The position numbers and the translations under genes are program-made. From positions 3,906,001 to 3,970,000 of the forward strand of contig CM120640.1 in NCBI GenBank assembly GCA_051362555.1: a stretch of 64,000 nt of DNA, read 5' to 3'. Below are positions 26,882 to 38,976 of this stretch, one piece after another. Numbering within the stretch: position 1 is the first letter of the stretch; each line of letters starts with the position of its first letter. The stretch is from Lingula anatina. Lineage: Eukaryota; Animalia; Brachiopoda. The notes below the pieces were generated by a model. It had not been told where the DNA came from and ran no database searches. It saw nothing but the letters and a program-made list of their open reading frames with translations.

Positions 26882-27109
26882 AACGAGAGCACGAGAGGGC
26901 AGACCTCCGCCAAGGCAGCGATTTTTGATTATTATTGATTATTGATTGACTGTTGATCCGGATCACCACCATAAACTAATCATCTCTTCCTTGGCCCACT
27001 TCTGACAGTTCCTGAAAATTTCATCAAAATCGGTCCATAACTTTTTGAGTTATGTTGATGACAGACAAACAAACAGGGGTGAAAACTTAACCTCCTTGGC
27101 GGAGGTAAT
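26882..27109 (-). mobile_element. Short non-autonomous Helentron-like (HINE) element
   Basis: The reverse complement reads ttacctccgccaaggaggtt...(gttt/gtct)n...ccttggcggaggtctg-hairpin. This gives a subterminal IR, a microsatellite and a 3' hairpin. Same family as 60299-60481. Confidence 0.8.
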
Positions 27110-29546
27110 GAACCTCAACGTCAATGTAAAAATCCACACAGATTCGTGCATCTGCCTTAAATAGGATTTTTATTGTTTTCTTTGTGATGATATTGGAAAC
27201 AATTCAGTAAAATGTTTGAATGAAAAAATGTCATCTTAATAAAAATTCAAAGTTAAACTCTTGTGGCAAGTAAAATTCAGATCAATTATTTCACCCCACT
27301 GTTATCGCATTCTAAAACTCAATGAACTATGGTGCTTAAGGTAAAAGAAGCACACATGTACTTTTTCTAAAAGACAGCTAAGCACGTGCACTTCATATTA
27401 ATAGGTGTAATTCGCAAGCAATACAGTTAATGATCATGTGACTGCCTTGCGCCCCGCCAATACTTGTCGTGTACATCCGCCTCCGTTCACTGTTCACAGT
27501 TTGAAGATTTTCGGATCATTAAAACTGATGAACTGCGGCAAGATGTACTTTAATAGGATTATTTACACATACATGTATGTCAATCGGACTAGGAAGTGCA
27601 CAGTCTAGCTCTTCCTTGGGTTAGTGCAAATATAAGTTGTCGAGGCATTGTGTTGGGTAATAATCTAAATACAGCAACAATGCCTAGAATCCTCTTAAGT
27701 CGCCTAAGGTTGTTTCACGTAGTACTGCCTTTGCATAAGTCGCACTTTTGCACTTATGTTATTTCTTTACATAACGTTTCTTCGAATTCAGAGCTTCCTA
27801 TTTATGATTCTCGATTTCAAAAAACTGTCTCAAGTAGGAGCTTATTATATAGACAGTACTTGATTTCAATAATGACCATGCACAGGCGTATAATCTGGCC
27901 ATTCTTCTCTTTGATCACACAACAAAATTAAAAGCCGGAAATGCATGAATTTTGAGAAGCATTTTTTATCTTTCTTCCTGACATTGACAAAGCGCATCAA
28001 CAACAACAGTATAATGAGCAAAAGCGTCATTATTTCAGATCAGTTTTCTTGAATGAGTTGCTATTTTTTCTGTTGTATACAGCACATCGCATCATTTATC
28101 ATCATTTATCAAAGACATCTATTCCGCAATAAAAACCATTAACTTTTCAATTAGTGATGAGATATGATACTAACAGTAATGTACCAACACTAACATGTGC
28201 ATATATATCCCGCTCGTTAGCGAAGAAACGACTCCCCTTTTAATTCGACGGTACGCCCACCAGAAGTTTACCCTTGGACGAAAAATCTTACAGGGCACAA
28301 TTTAACTTTGTCAAATAACGGAGACCTCAGGGAAAACAAACAATAAAGGAAAAATTATAAAAGGTGTCCTTTTACTAATGCAGAATGATTATGCCTTTAC
28401 CCAGCAATTAAATAGAATATGGAATTACCGCACTAACGTATTTAAGTGTATTGAATGTTGAAATTACTTTATAGGACAACGAAAATGTGTCCAAATTTGA
28501 TAGCTTTCAATTCCTTTGTGTGATTTCTTTGATGAACGCTGGCGATTAAAGTCTTTGGCCTTTGTCATTTTAGGGAAAGAGGCTAAAGCTGTGGCCTTTA
28601 TTTTGTACGAACGAAATATGAACACATCCAGAGGGGTTTCTCTTAACCAGAGCCGCCGCCCGTTGGAGACATCGTCTAATTTTTGCCATGTAAAGGGGTC
28701 CAAAGACACATGCGTCCTTCCTTTTCGTAATTGTGGCTTTCGTCTCCAGTTCCATGCAATTCCTTTATAACGTGACTTTTAAACATATCAGAGCGGTCTC
28801 GAGCATAGTGGTTTAGAACTTTAAAAATACCACCAATACAAGTCTATTGTATCTCTTTCCATAAATAATGTCGTGCAACTTTTGAATATTCATGAACGCG
28901 TTCAAGTTTTGGAATTTTGCCGGTGGGGGATGGAGTTTGAGCGTTGAAATAGGCACTTGCGCAATTATTGATCAAACAATAAACCGCGTTATAAAAGATT
29001 AAGGGGGACTTAAGCCAAAAAATGCTCATAAACCCATAAAAATTCCATCCCCGCGGATTATTTGGATTAAGTTAGACCTTAAGTGTATCAAATTACCCAT
29101 TTCTCTGAATATGAACCAAGTTTCATACCTTGAGTGGCCATTTTCCTGCTGCAAAAACACCATTTGGAGATCGATCTGCCTTATGTGCGAAGCTGATAGC
29201 CATCATATTGTTATTAATCATGTCGCTTGAATTCTGCTCAGTGGCAGAACAGAGAAACGCAATTTTCTTTCCCCATAGCACATCGACAACCTTGTTATAA
29301 TTAAATGATAACTCGTTCAGAAAATGTGTTATAAGCGTAAATATTGTGTCCTTTAAAAATTTCAATAATTTCTGTCGAGATAGACTGATTGCAAATTATC
29401 GAAAGACAATATCAAAGGGTGGAGAGACATGAGTCTTCACTAGATCCGATCATTAGAATGAAGCCGGAAAGAAAAGGAAAGATTAGTGTGCGGAGTGATA
29501 TCGCTGCGTCTCCATGATTTTGCGCACACACTGAATTGAGACGCCA

Positions 29547-29551
29547 GCGCG

Positions 29552-29593
<42 letters not shown>

Positions 29594-29609
29594 GAGAGAG
29601 AGAGAGAGA
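29547..29609. repeat. Compound (GC)n(AC)n(AG)n microsatellite
   Basis: gcgcgcgcgcgcgc followed by (ac)n and then (ag)n, ~1.1 kb upstream of the GPCR ATG. Confidence 0.9.
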
Positions 29610-30692
29610 CTTATTGATAGAGCCACTGTAGATTGCTTCATCCGCGCATGCCACATTCTGCCTAAACATAATGGACTAGGAGAAATAGATATAGATATAG
29701 GTTTTCCATTAGGTCTAACGACCTGCTTTTAGAAGGCTAATTTGGCAGATCAAACCGTCTTAATTCAATTTATCTTGATTTTCAGCATACAGTGGTTTAA
29801 CAATGTGACCCCATCGAAAATTAAGCTAGAACAACATGTCCCTTATTTTATTGATCAAATCAAATAAAAGCCGGAGACCAGAGACATTCCAAAACTAAAG
29901 GATAATCTGTGTGAAGAGGCTGCTTTAAAAGTAAACTATTTTGAATTTAATTATTTTAAATGCATTTCTTAAAAAAGATAAAATACACAGGTTTATTTAA
30001 CCAGGCGTGTAGCCAGCAATTTCTGAAAAAAAAAGAGGGCCTTCCCACCCAACTTGAGAAACTTAAAAAAAATCATTGCCTACTGTTCTAAGTTTACTTA
30101 CATGTATATATCAAACAGTTGAAACCTAAGACAATGAAGTATTTATTTTTTATACAGTGAACCCTGTACAGAATGCTATAAATTTCATGTTCGTTTTACT
30201 TGAAATCCATACGTACATTACGCAAAACAGCCTGGATACCGAGAGCTTTTCTGCAAAAGATATCAACATCAATAAAAAGGCTGCCACTACGCTTTGTGGT
30301 CGAAATGTGAAAATGAATAGGCGCTTTTTACGCATGCCTTCTAAATGGGTTAGTCATTTCATAGCAGCAATCAGGTTCTGCCAATGATTGGCAACTTTCG
30401 TTTGTTATCGAAAATTACGCCGTCAGAGTAGCTGCTGCAAGCGAACGCGCTTGGAGTGTCGTGTTCACTTCTCACTTTGAAGTGCAAGTATTCTCTTTGT
30501 TCGTGACTGACAAATGTCAAAAAACACTCATGCCGTAGGTCTACCAACGGGAACTGTCTACACATTACCGGTACCACAGAAGTGAGCAGAGTATGAAAGG
30601 AAAGGTGATAATAGCAAGAGATAGTGACATAAGAGACTGTTGACGTTCGGTGGGCGGCATTAAACGGTCTATTCTGACGCTGATTGATCACC

Positions 30693-31937
30693 ATGGCAGA
30701 GATTCTGATGGGTTTGAAAAATAAGGTATTGCTATGGAGCCATTTAAATGAAGAGACAGAGTCGTTGCACCTCAATCACACAAATGTTGCCGCCATGATC
30801 ACTACTCCGGCCATGGAGGCTGACAACGAAACCTACACCGGAGACGACAGCGGTCTCCGCGCACAAGCCATCGCGGCCATTGTGGTCCCCATCATATTTG
30901 GACTTATATTCGTTGTTGGCATTTTTGGTAACGGAACCCTCATCTTCACAATTTTAAAAAACCAGTCATTGCGGAATGGACCGAACATTATGATTGTGAG
31001 TTTAGCTGCTGGTGACTTTCTCCTTATAGCTATATCGGTACCGTTTCTGGCGACTTCGTATACCTTTCCGTACTGGCCGTATGGGAACTTCATGTGTAAA
31101 CTGACAGAATACCTTAGAATAGTAAGTTTGGGTATATCAGTATTCACTCTAATAACGCTGAGTGCTGACCGCTATATCGCCATCGTCAGCCCGGTTAAAA
31201 TCCACAAGGCCAGCAATTATAGGAAAACGCTGATAATGGTGGCATCCACGTGGATCTTGTCGCTGGTGCTTGGAATCGTTACAGCAGTTTCCTTTGGTAC
31301 CGTCACCGAAGACGGAGTAGAGGGTAGTGCATTAGAGCATTGTTACCCGTATGCGCAAGGCTGGCCCGATTGGTATCCCAAGTTTGACGTTCTGTTCAAA
31401 TTTCTCGTGTACTTCACCCTCCCGGTTTTGATAATAGCGTATTTCTACATATCGATGGCCATTTCGCTGTTCCACAGCGCCGACCGTATGCCTGTGGAGG
31501 AATGCATGGACACCCGGAACACTAGCCATTACCGCAAACAAATAGAGGGGAGAAAGAAAGTTGCGAAAGTGGTTTTGTCTTTTGTGGTAATATTTATTTT
31601 ATGTTGGCTGCCTCGCCATGCATACCTGATCTGGTTCCATGTCGACGAAAACGGGAACATGAACCTTTTCTGGTATGTTTTCAAAATCGTTGGGTTCTGC
31701 CTGGCTTTTATCAACTCTTGCGTCAACCCTCTGACTTTGTACATCTTAAGCAAGCAGTTCAGACGACATTATAACAGGAGCGTGTTCTGCTGCCGTCGAT
31801 GTAAGAGACAGATTCCAAAAAACGGACAGAAATCCCAGAGTTCCTTGGGTTACCAGTTAACAACCGCCGATGGGAACGGCACAGGAGTCCTGGTGAGACG
31901 GTCCAGCACCAGCCTCACCGCTCTACAACACACTTGA
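30693..31937 (+). CDS. Rhodopsin-class neuropeptide GPCR, CCHamide/excitatory-peptide (EP/GGNG)/bombesin receptor family; intronless, ~414 aa
   Basis: Seven hydrophobic segments. Motifs GIFGNGTLI (TM1), SLAAGDFL (TM2), GISVFTLITLSADRY (TM3), RKKVAKVVLSFVVIFILCWLPRH (TM6) and FINSCVNPLTLYILSKQFRRHY (TM7/H8) are typical of CCHa/GRPR/BRS3 receptors. N-terminal N-glycosylation sequons and Cys-Cys after helix 8. Kozak-like accATGG at 30693. Confidence 0.92.
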   Translation: MAEILMGLKNKVLLWSHLNEETESLHLNHTNVAAMITTPAMEADNETYTGDDSGLRAQAIAAIVVPIIFGLIFVVGIFGNGTLIFTILKNQSLRNGPNIMIVSLAAGDFLLIAISVPFLATSYTFPYWPYGNFMCKLTEYLRIVSLGISVFTLITLSADRYIAIVSPVKIHKASNYRKTLIMVASTWILSLVLGIVTAVSFGTVTEDGVEGSALEHCYPYAQGWPDWYPKFDVLFKFLVYFTLPVLIIAYFYISMAISLFHSADRMPVEECMDTRNTSHYRKQIEGRKKVAKVVLSFVVIFILCWLPRHAYLIWFHVDENGNMNLFWYVFKIVGFCLAFINSCVNPLTLYILSKQFRRHYNRSVFCCRRCKRQIPKNGQKSQSSLGYQLTTADGNGTGVLVRRSSTSLTALQHT

Positions 31938-32232
31938 ACATCGAGGAGGACGAAGAAGAGGCGCTGGAACTGGAGATACGAACTCTGGGAGGGGGTAACT
32001 AAAGCTCTATTCTCATCAAGAGGTACATTTAAATAGACCGGTCCAGTTACAAACAATGCCAACTTAGTACACTGGCTTTCAAGTGAGCTAATCACCTAAA
32101 CGGAACCCCCGTGCTCGACACAGCCAATTAATATACTTAGCAACAGGAAGGGGACTTGTAGAAAACCTGTGAAAGGTAGTAACCCCCAACCCCCCTGTAG
32201 CGTTATAACATCTTGGGACCTCTCAGATTGGA

Positions 32233-32402
32233 CCGATGTAACGAAACCGAGAGTACGTGTAACAGAAAGTCCGCCAACCATTTTGTTATAATGGTTAGTA
32301 GGGTAAGCCGGACGTGAGAGGGTCAAAATCAAGGGTGAGGCTTATCTGAACAAATGAATGGGAATCGGACTCATGGGGGGACTCTCTGTTACGTTACACC
32401 GG
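32233..32402. mobile_element. Degenerate MITE of the CCGGTGTAAC family, in or near the GPCR 3' UTR
   Basis: ccgatgtaacg...gtaacagaaagtcc / ggactctctgttacgttacaccgg. Related to 38802-38976. Confidence 0.55.
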
Positions 32403-33342
32403 TCCAGTTTAATGTACCACTCGAAGTGAAAAGGTCCCAAATCTATTGTAATTTGTAGATCGCAGTGACGGTTGTTCACTTTATAACATTCTGTGTTTAG
32501 GTGGTTGTGATTTGGCTGCGTAATTGAATAAAATTTAAAATAGAAATACTGCCATTTAAATGGGCACAAAATGTTAAATTGCCACGTGAATCACTTACTT
32601 AACGAACTTTGCTGGGGCAAGTGGTATTTTTCTCTTACTAACCATCCTTTGATACTCCTTACCTGTCACTTGCAATAACCATCTGGGGAGATTAAAAAGT
32701 CCTTAACTTACAGAATGTTTATTTTATTCAAATTTCGGTATCTTGTCTAGCTCAATTCTTTTACTGACTTTCCACGTGATTTAAAACTGTGACAAGATGG
32801 TTGACGGGAGACGAGAATCGTCAGGATGAGGTAATTTATTATTTTCATTTATTTATGTATTATAATTAATATTATTTTATGGCAAATACCTGTTAAAATA
32901 TTATCAAAACGTTTAACTTGTTCCCAGAGATGTTCAAAAACAAGAAGCGGTTTTTATATTTAACGTGTGTTCAAAATCCTGCACTTTGTCAGTTCAATAG
33001 AAAGCTACATTGTTAAGATTTATGGTAGATATTGGAATCAATTTTCGCCCAAGTACATATGGACTGATGTGATATACGTCTCATTTATTGCTAGCACCTT
33101 GGTGATAATTGTTAAACGTTATAATGTTATCAATTCTCACAATATACTGGATTGAGTTTTACAATACAATACAATACATTTTATTTCGTGTCGGGTATAA
33201 ATCGAAAGGAAACATTAGTTTTGCAGCTATTCATCGACTGAGTTAGGACAAACATTTCTACAAAAATGCAATATTTACACATTTTTAAGTCAAAAGGAAA
33301 GATGTTGTCTTTAAATTGTAATTAGGACCAATTCCACACCAG

Positions 33343-33634
33343 GGGTCTGTTTCACTGAAAGTATACAAAGAATTTAGCCAACTAAGACTTGTCTTACGAA
33401 AAATAAGCCTACCAAGACTTTCTTTTTGCCTACAAAGATGCGTTTACGCAAAGAGCATTAAAAGCCACTTTCCATGTGGTAACAATAGCCCAAAAAGATA
33501 TATCAAATACAATTATTGAGGTCCACTCAAACTCAAAGACAAATATCACAAAATCGACATTCCGTAGTCATCTATTTGATTTTAGAAGTCTAAACTTAGC
33601 CCAAGAACGTAAGGCTTTCAATGAAGTATGGCTC
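33343..33634. mobile_element. Putative PIF/Harbinger non-autonomous element
   Basis: cag|gggtctgtttcactgaaag...ctttcaatgaagtatggctc|cag (imperfect TIR, CAG TSD). An internal taagacttgtctta palindrome resembles motifs at ~1020-1210 and ~37700. Confidence 0.5.
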
Positions 33635-36526
33635 CAGACATCTCTATATGAGGTAGACTGGAAGTTCTCTGGGTTTATTTTTATAATATGGTCCCTGGGG
33701 AGCTCCTTGCCCTCGGATCCACTAGCCCCCAGCAGGGGAAATTTTGCCTTTGTTGAATATACATTATTTTGGGAATTGTATAAGGGGAGGAGGATATATT
33801 GAGAACCATGCCTGTATACAGAGCACTATGTATTTATTGTACGTGATATGTTCTTGAAGCATATATTATGGTCTAAATGAAACTAAACAATAACAATCTA
33901 TAATGTCGATATGTCAGGATATTATGACCTATGTTATAAGCATATTTATTTATTAGTTTGTTTGTTTGTTTGTTTGTTAATGGATATATAAAGTATTGAG
34001 GCAAAATGCCAAAAACGACCTTGTGAAGAATTTGTGCTCATAAATTGTCGCCTATGTCACTTACATTATGGAATTTGATTCAGAAATGCATGGTGTAATT
34101 AGCAGCATATATCGACTAGCCTCTAGGGGGTAACGTGTTTAAAATTAGATAGAGGTAATATAATTAGTGTGAAGTGCTAGGTGATAAGTCGACAGCTCAT
34201 ATATCTGGCGTTAACATCAGTATCTCACAATTATGGCACGGCCATATTTTAAAGTTTTGATTTAACGACTACCTTTGTTCCACTATGAATTTGTGTTTGC
34301 GTGTGTGTGTGTTTTATTGTTGTAAATAATCAAACCAAAACCTGCAACTACTTTATACGCACAAGTTGTGTAGCACAATAGTGATTATTAATACAGCACT
34401 TAGTCGACAGTGTTACAGCATCAGGTCTTTTTTTATTTCTTTTTTTTTTTTTTTTTTTTTTTTTTTGATAAAAAGGCCGCGAAGGCGAAGACGCAATGAT
34501 CTTGATTTTGGACATTGTCATCTTGTCGTTTTTATGCCATGGCGTATATCTTTACAATTAGAAATCAATAGATAGAACGAATAATCATATCATACTTTTA
34601 CATAGATTCAATGCAATGTTTGCCGTGTATCCTGAAGAAGATTAACGATGTTCTAATCGTTAACGGCAATGTTAATCTATATTCTGTTTGCATGTCGGCA
34701 CTAAGCTATTATGGATACACGTTCTTGTTCATATAGATTCAAACCAGAATCAGAATTGTTCGAAGTACTTATTTTCGTAGCACAATAAACAAGATCACAA
34801 AAGCTAAAAGAAACAAATACTACATTCTTTATTATAGCATTCAGTAGTATGAAACTGGATTGGTTGAAAGAGGAAGATATCTTTGTTAAACGACACAGAT
34901 TAACAATGGTTGATCTAAATTTGACGCAAAATTATGATATGGAATTTGTATTTTGTTCCATGAAAAATCTATCTTGAAGATTGTAAGATACTACCGTGAC
35001 CACTTGGAAAATAAAAGATAAGATAACAGATTTTGTTATATTATTTGACGTGTTTCACTGAAAGATCTGGGGGTTATATGACCCAGTGCAATGTTTTGGA
35101 AATAACCTGTGGTGATAAAAATAGCTATACAGATCTTCGAGTGAGTAAAAACTATTGGAGCAAGTAAGATATGTATAAACAGTATGTTTAGTTGGTTCTA
35201 TTACTTTCATCATTGTAAAACAAGACTGTTGAACTGCAAGGACAGTTCTTGTAGCATGACGTATGTCAATGGCAGGAGAGCAAAAGCTCAGATTTTCTAT
35301 TGTGAATTTATTGTTTCTGTTACTAGAATAAAAGCCTTAAGATTTCAGTGCTTTTCTTTGATATATAGGCAAATCATTCGGTTTTTTCCCTTGGGCAAAC
35401 CAAATCATTGGGTACCCGCGCTAAAGGCAATTTAAAACAAAATAATGAGCAGAACGTTTGGTAATTCTGTTACTAATCAAATCGTGTTTTAACCCTTTAG
35501 CACCGACAAAAAATGTTCACACAGTCATTACCAATTTTATTACCTAAGTGAAAAATAGAACTACAATAAGCTATTGACATATTAGTATAGTGTTTTCCTA
35601 GCCTCATGTGTAGTTATTTGATTTTGACACATTTTAAGTTATCGAGGTGGACTTATGGGAAGAGATATTGATCTTCATTGCGTTTGTCTTCAAGTAAATG
35701 AAGAAAGTGAACTTTCAAAACCGTAAACCAAATTGACGCCGAGAGCATTTCTTAAGAAAATGGCAGCTTTCTACAAAATTGTGGAACCAAATACAAGAGT
35801 GGTTTAAATGGGCGTATTTCTAGAATCTATTTCGATCATAATTCCAGTGTAGCCTACATTTTCCTGGACAAGAAACCCAGGAAACTTAACAGACAATCTT
35901 CTTCCTGTCAGTTTTTCGCTTGCATAGCCAAGAGCGTCCTACTTCTGCGTCTGATCCCAACGGCCTGGAAAACTGTTCTGGTACATTTACAAGCACTTTA
36001 AGACTGAGAAGCTTCAGATAAAATACGTTTACAGAAGAGACTATGAGGCAATCATTAAAAACACGGGGGTCAGACCATTTAAACTGTCTAGGATCAAACA
36101 TCGCCTCTTGCAGTGGTTGGTGTATGAAATGTGACAAATTTTGTCAAGTGAATGGCAAAGCAACCCGACTGTATTCCACGGCCAGGTTTCAGTATATTAT
36201 ATACAAGTGATATTTGAACCAAGGTATTTTTGAATGATTTTATATATTCACCTGGGAATGACCACTAAGTATTTATGCTATGCAGTAAGGCGTAATTCTT
36301 GTGCATATATCCTTAATAATGTCATAAAATTGGAATGGCAATTGGCCCTCTGTACCTTAATAATGTATTTCGTGCGTGAACGTATAGTTAGAAGCTTTAA
36401 CGGGGACATTTTCAGGGAGACTACTTTCAATATCGAGTACCGTGCTTGTCAAAGTGATGAAGACATGCCTAATATTTCAATAAAACATGCTTTTCATTTG
36501 TGTAATAAATATAAATGCACACGTAG

Positions 36527-36528
<2 letters not shown>

Positions 36529-36563
<35 letters not shown>
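36529..36563. repeat. (AC)n microsatellite
   Basis: Perfect AC run. Confidence 0.9.
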
Positions 36564-36567
<4 letters not shown>

Positions 36568-37233
36568 ATAATTTAAAATAGAAAGTGGGATATATCGCCG
36601 TTCTCAGTTATAAATAGGTCATTTACTACAGACAACTTTCGACTATCGCGAGTTTAGGTTTGCAAGAGAAATAAAGCGGATGACAAAACCCTTCAATCGT
36701 GCAAACTCAGACAAACTTTTGCACCGTGCTTTTTTCATAGCGGCGTACCGTGCATAAATGGCCAGTAAGACCAATGGCTGAGGTTCCTTTCAATTGCCGA
36801 ACGGCACTTCTTTCGGACTAATGGGGGGCAATCAGGATAACGTTAGAAGTAAACATGCTCTGAGAATGGCAGCGCAAAAAAATTAATATGTTGAAACTGA
36901 ACCCCACATGTTTGATTTTGATTACGTCATTTGGTCTAATATGGGACGACTAACGCTGTGTCAAATTGTAATTTTTTACATAATACGTTAATTGATTATT
37001 CTGTCTTGTGTGAAAGCGGAATGATTGACTACGCTTTAATGTAATTAATCACGAAGAGTTTGCAAATAATAAAAACTGGATGGGCCAAAATACAAACCTT
37101 GTCATCTGTATGCATAGTGGTATGTCTTGTGTAGATGGATGGAGAAGATATAAAAGTGTTTTTGGAACCTGAGCTTACAAGTCAATAGCTGATAGTAAAT
37201 TTATGATACTAGCCCTCTGCACCTATAGCCCTT

Positions 37234-37908
37234 AAAATTGTAATATGGTTGTTTTTGAATGAAATGAGGCCGCTCCATGGAAATGAGCATTGAAAATTGA
37301 AAAAGGTACAATATTCATGAATATTGTTGATTTGCATTTTGCAGAAGTTTTATAATGTCTCATTTTCTAATCCGACAGACAGCAGGACATCAAACGTTAT
37401 ATTATTAATTAAAATTACATGTGAACAAACACACATTCCTCGCACAGGAACACTGATTTTAAGTGCAAAGCCTTTTCCTAAATTAGTATTGATCTAATTT
37501 GGTCAAGTAGTCGTAGAAACCAAATATTCAGTTAGCACAATGGAGATGTCACATGCGCCACACGCTTTATCCAGATCCAAGCTTTCTTATAAAAGATATT
37601 TACGAGCAGATGAACGGAAGGTGACAGATTTTTTACATTTTATCTCCTTAAATACAACGCAGTGCCCTTTAGACAAGACAACTCTGGCCTTCCCCAGAGA
37701 CCTGCGTTCTTAAGACAGGATTCTGCAGACAGACTGAGGTGCTTCCAAGGTGAAGGACATTAACTGTGCTATCTTCACACTTCTTGAAACGTGTCTCTCT
37801 GGCAAAATTCCGCACAGTGCAATAATGGAAATGTTTTTAAAAGATATCCTAATGCTCATTTCCATGGAGCGGCCTAATTTCATTCAAAAACAACCATATT
37901 ACAATTTT
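37234..37908. mobile_element. ~675-bp element bounded by ~58-bp inverted repeats
   Basis: aaaattgtaatatggttgtttttgaatgaaatgaggccgctccatggaaatgagcatt is near-perfectly complementary to aatgctcatttccatggagcggcctaatttcattcaaaaacaaccatattacaatttt. No clear TSD. Confidence 0.7.
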
Positions 37909-38801
37909 TGTTACAGAAAAAAAAAACATATAAGCAACGTGTTGGCAACCCGCAAACCTTTTTTATCATTCATGATCAAACCTGAAAAAAAAATCGAAAT
38001 CTTATTTTAGCATGTGTGTTGTATTCCCAAAAATGCTGTTTGAAGTAGGAAGGGTATTTTAAAAATCTACCAATGTAAAAATAGATCAATAAGTAGATAA
38101 AAATATGAGAAGGAAAATGTTCGTGTCTTTTCAACAACTCCTTAAGATACCATCTGAGGAGAGAATGTATATCTTTTTACTTAGGCTTGAGCAACCATAT
38201 ATGACATTGCTTTCGTCACTTAGAACCTAATAGACAAACACTAGTGATCGTCCACAGTGGATAGTCATCCATTCTTTGATATTGAGACTAGCTATCACAT
38301 CACACAGCTTGAAAAATATACACTTAAAACGACCATTTGTCAGGCGGCAATACCGCAGCAATTGATTTCATGACAGCCCTGTCTGCTAATTGATAATCTA
38401 AAGAAACTGTGATGTATGGAGCCATTTCTTAGCGTGACAGGTGCGCGCTCTTAATGTGCACTATGTCTTCTGGAGGTGACTAAGATGTCGAATCTAGATC
38501 ATCACAGTATATCGTATGACACAATACCATGACATCTATACAGCATCAAGGGGATTTTCAGTATCAAAATAACGATCGGTTATTTATTTATTTATTTATA
38601 TTTTCTACTTTTTAATTATAACCATTGTATGGCACATTGTATGTGCTGTGTATAAAAATATTAAGACAGATGTAAAAACAACAAATTAGAAATTCAACCT
38701 CACGGACGTAACTATTAATGGCAGTGAATAGTATTACATTCAGCAGAGTTGATCCAAAAATGGCGTTTGTATACAATTCTGAACGCATGCATATGGTAAA
38801 A

Positions 38802-38976
38802 CCGGTGTAACAGGAATGAAAGTCCGCTAGGAACCGTAGTCCGTTTCCCATTACTTTAGTACAGGTGACATTTGTCCCATATACAAACCCCAATACTCCA
38901 ACTAACCCTAACCTGTACTAATATCATATGGGAGCCCGGTCTTCCATTCCAAGGACTTCCATTCCTGTTACACCGG
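38802..38976. mobile_element. MITE with CCGGTGTAACAGGAATG TIR
   Basis: ccggtgtaacaggaatgaaagtcc...ggacttccattcctgttacaccgg, with an internal aaccctaacc motif. Confidence 0.8.

Noticed and set aside
30371-32095. Antisense ORFs overlapping the GPCR (and similar ones over RSPH3 and Tctex)
   Set aside because: They are shadow frames of real coding sequence with no recognisable domains.
35886-36137. 83-aa minus-strand ORF, possible transposase or recombinase relic
   Set aside because: No diagnostic motif could be identified with confidence.
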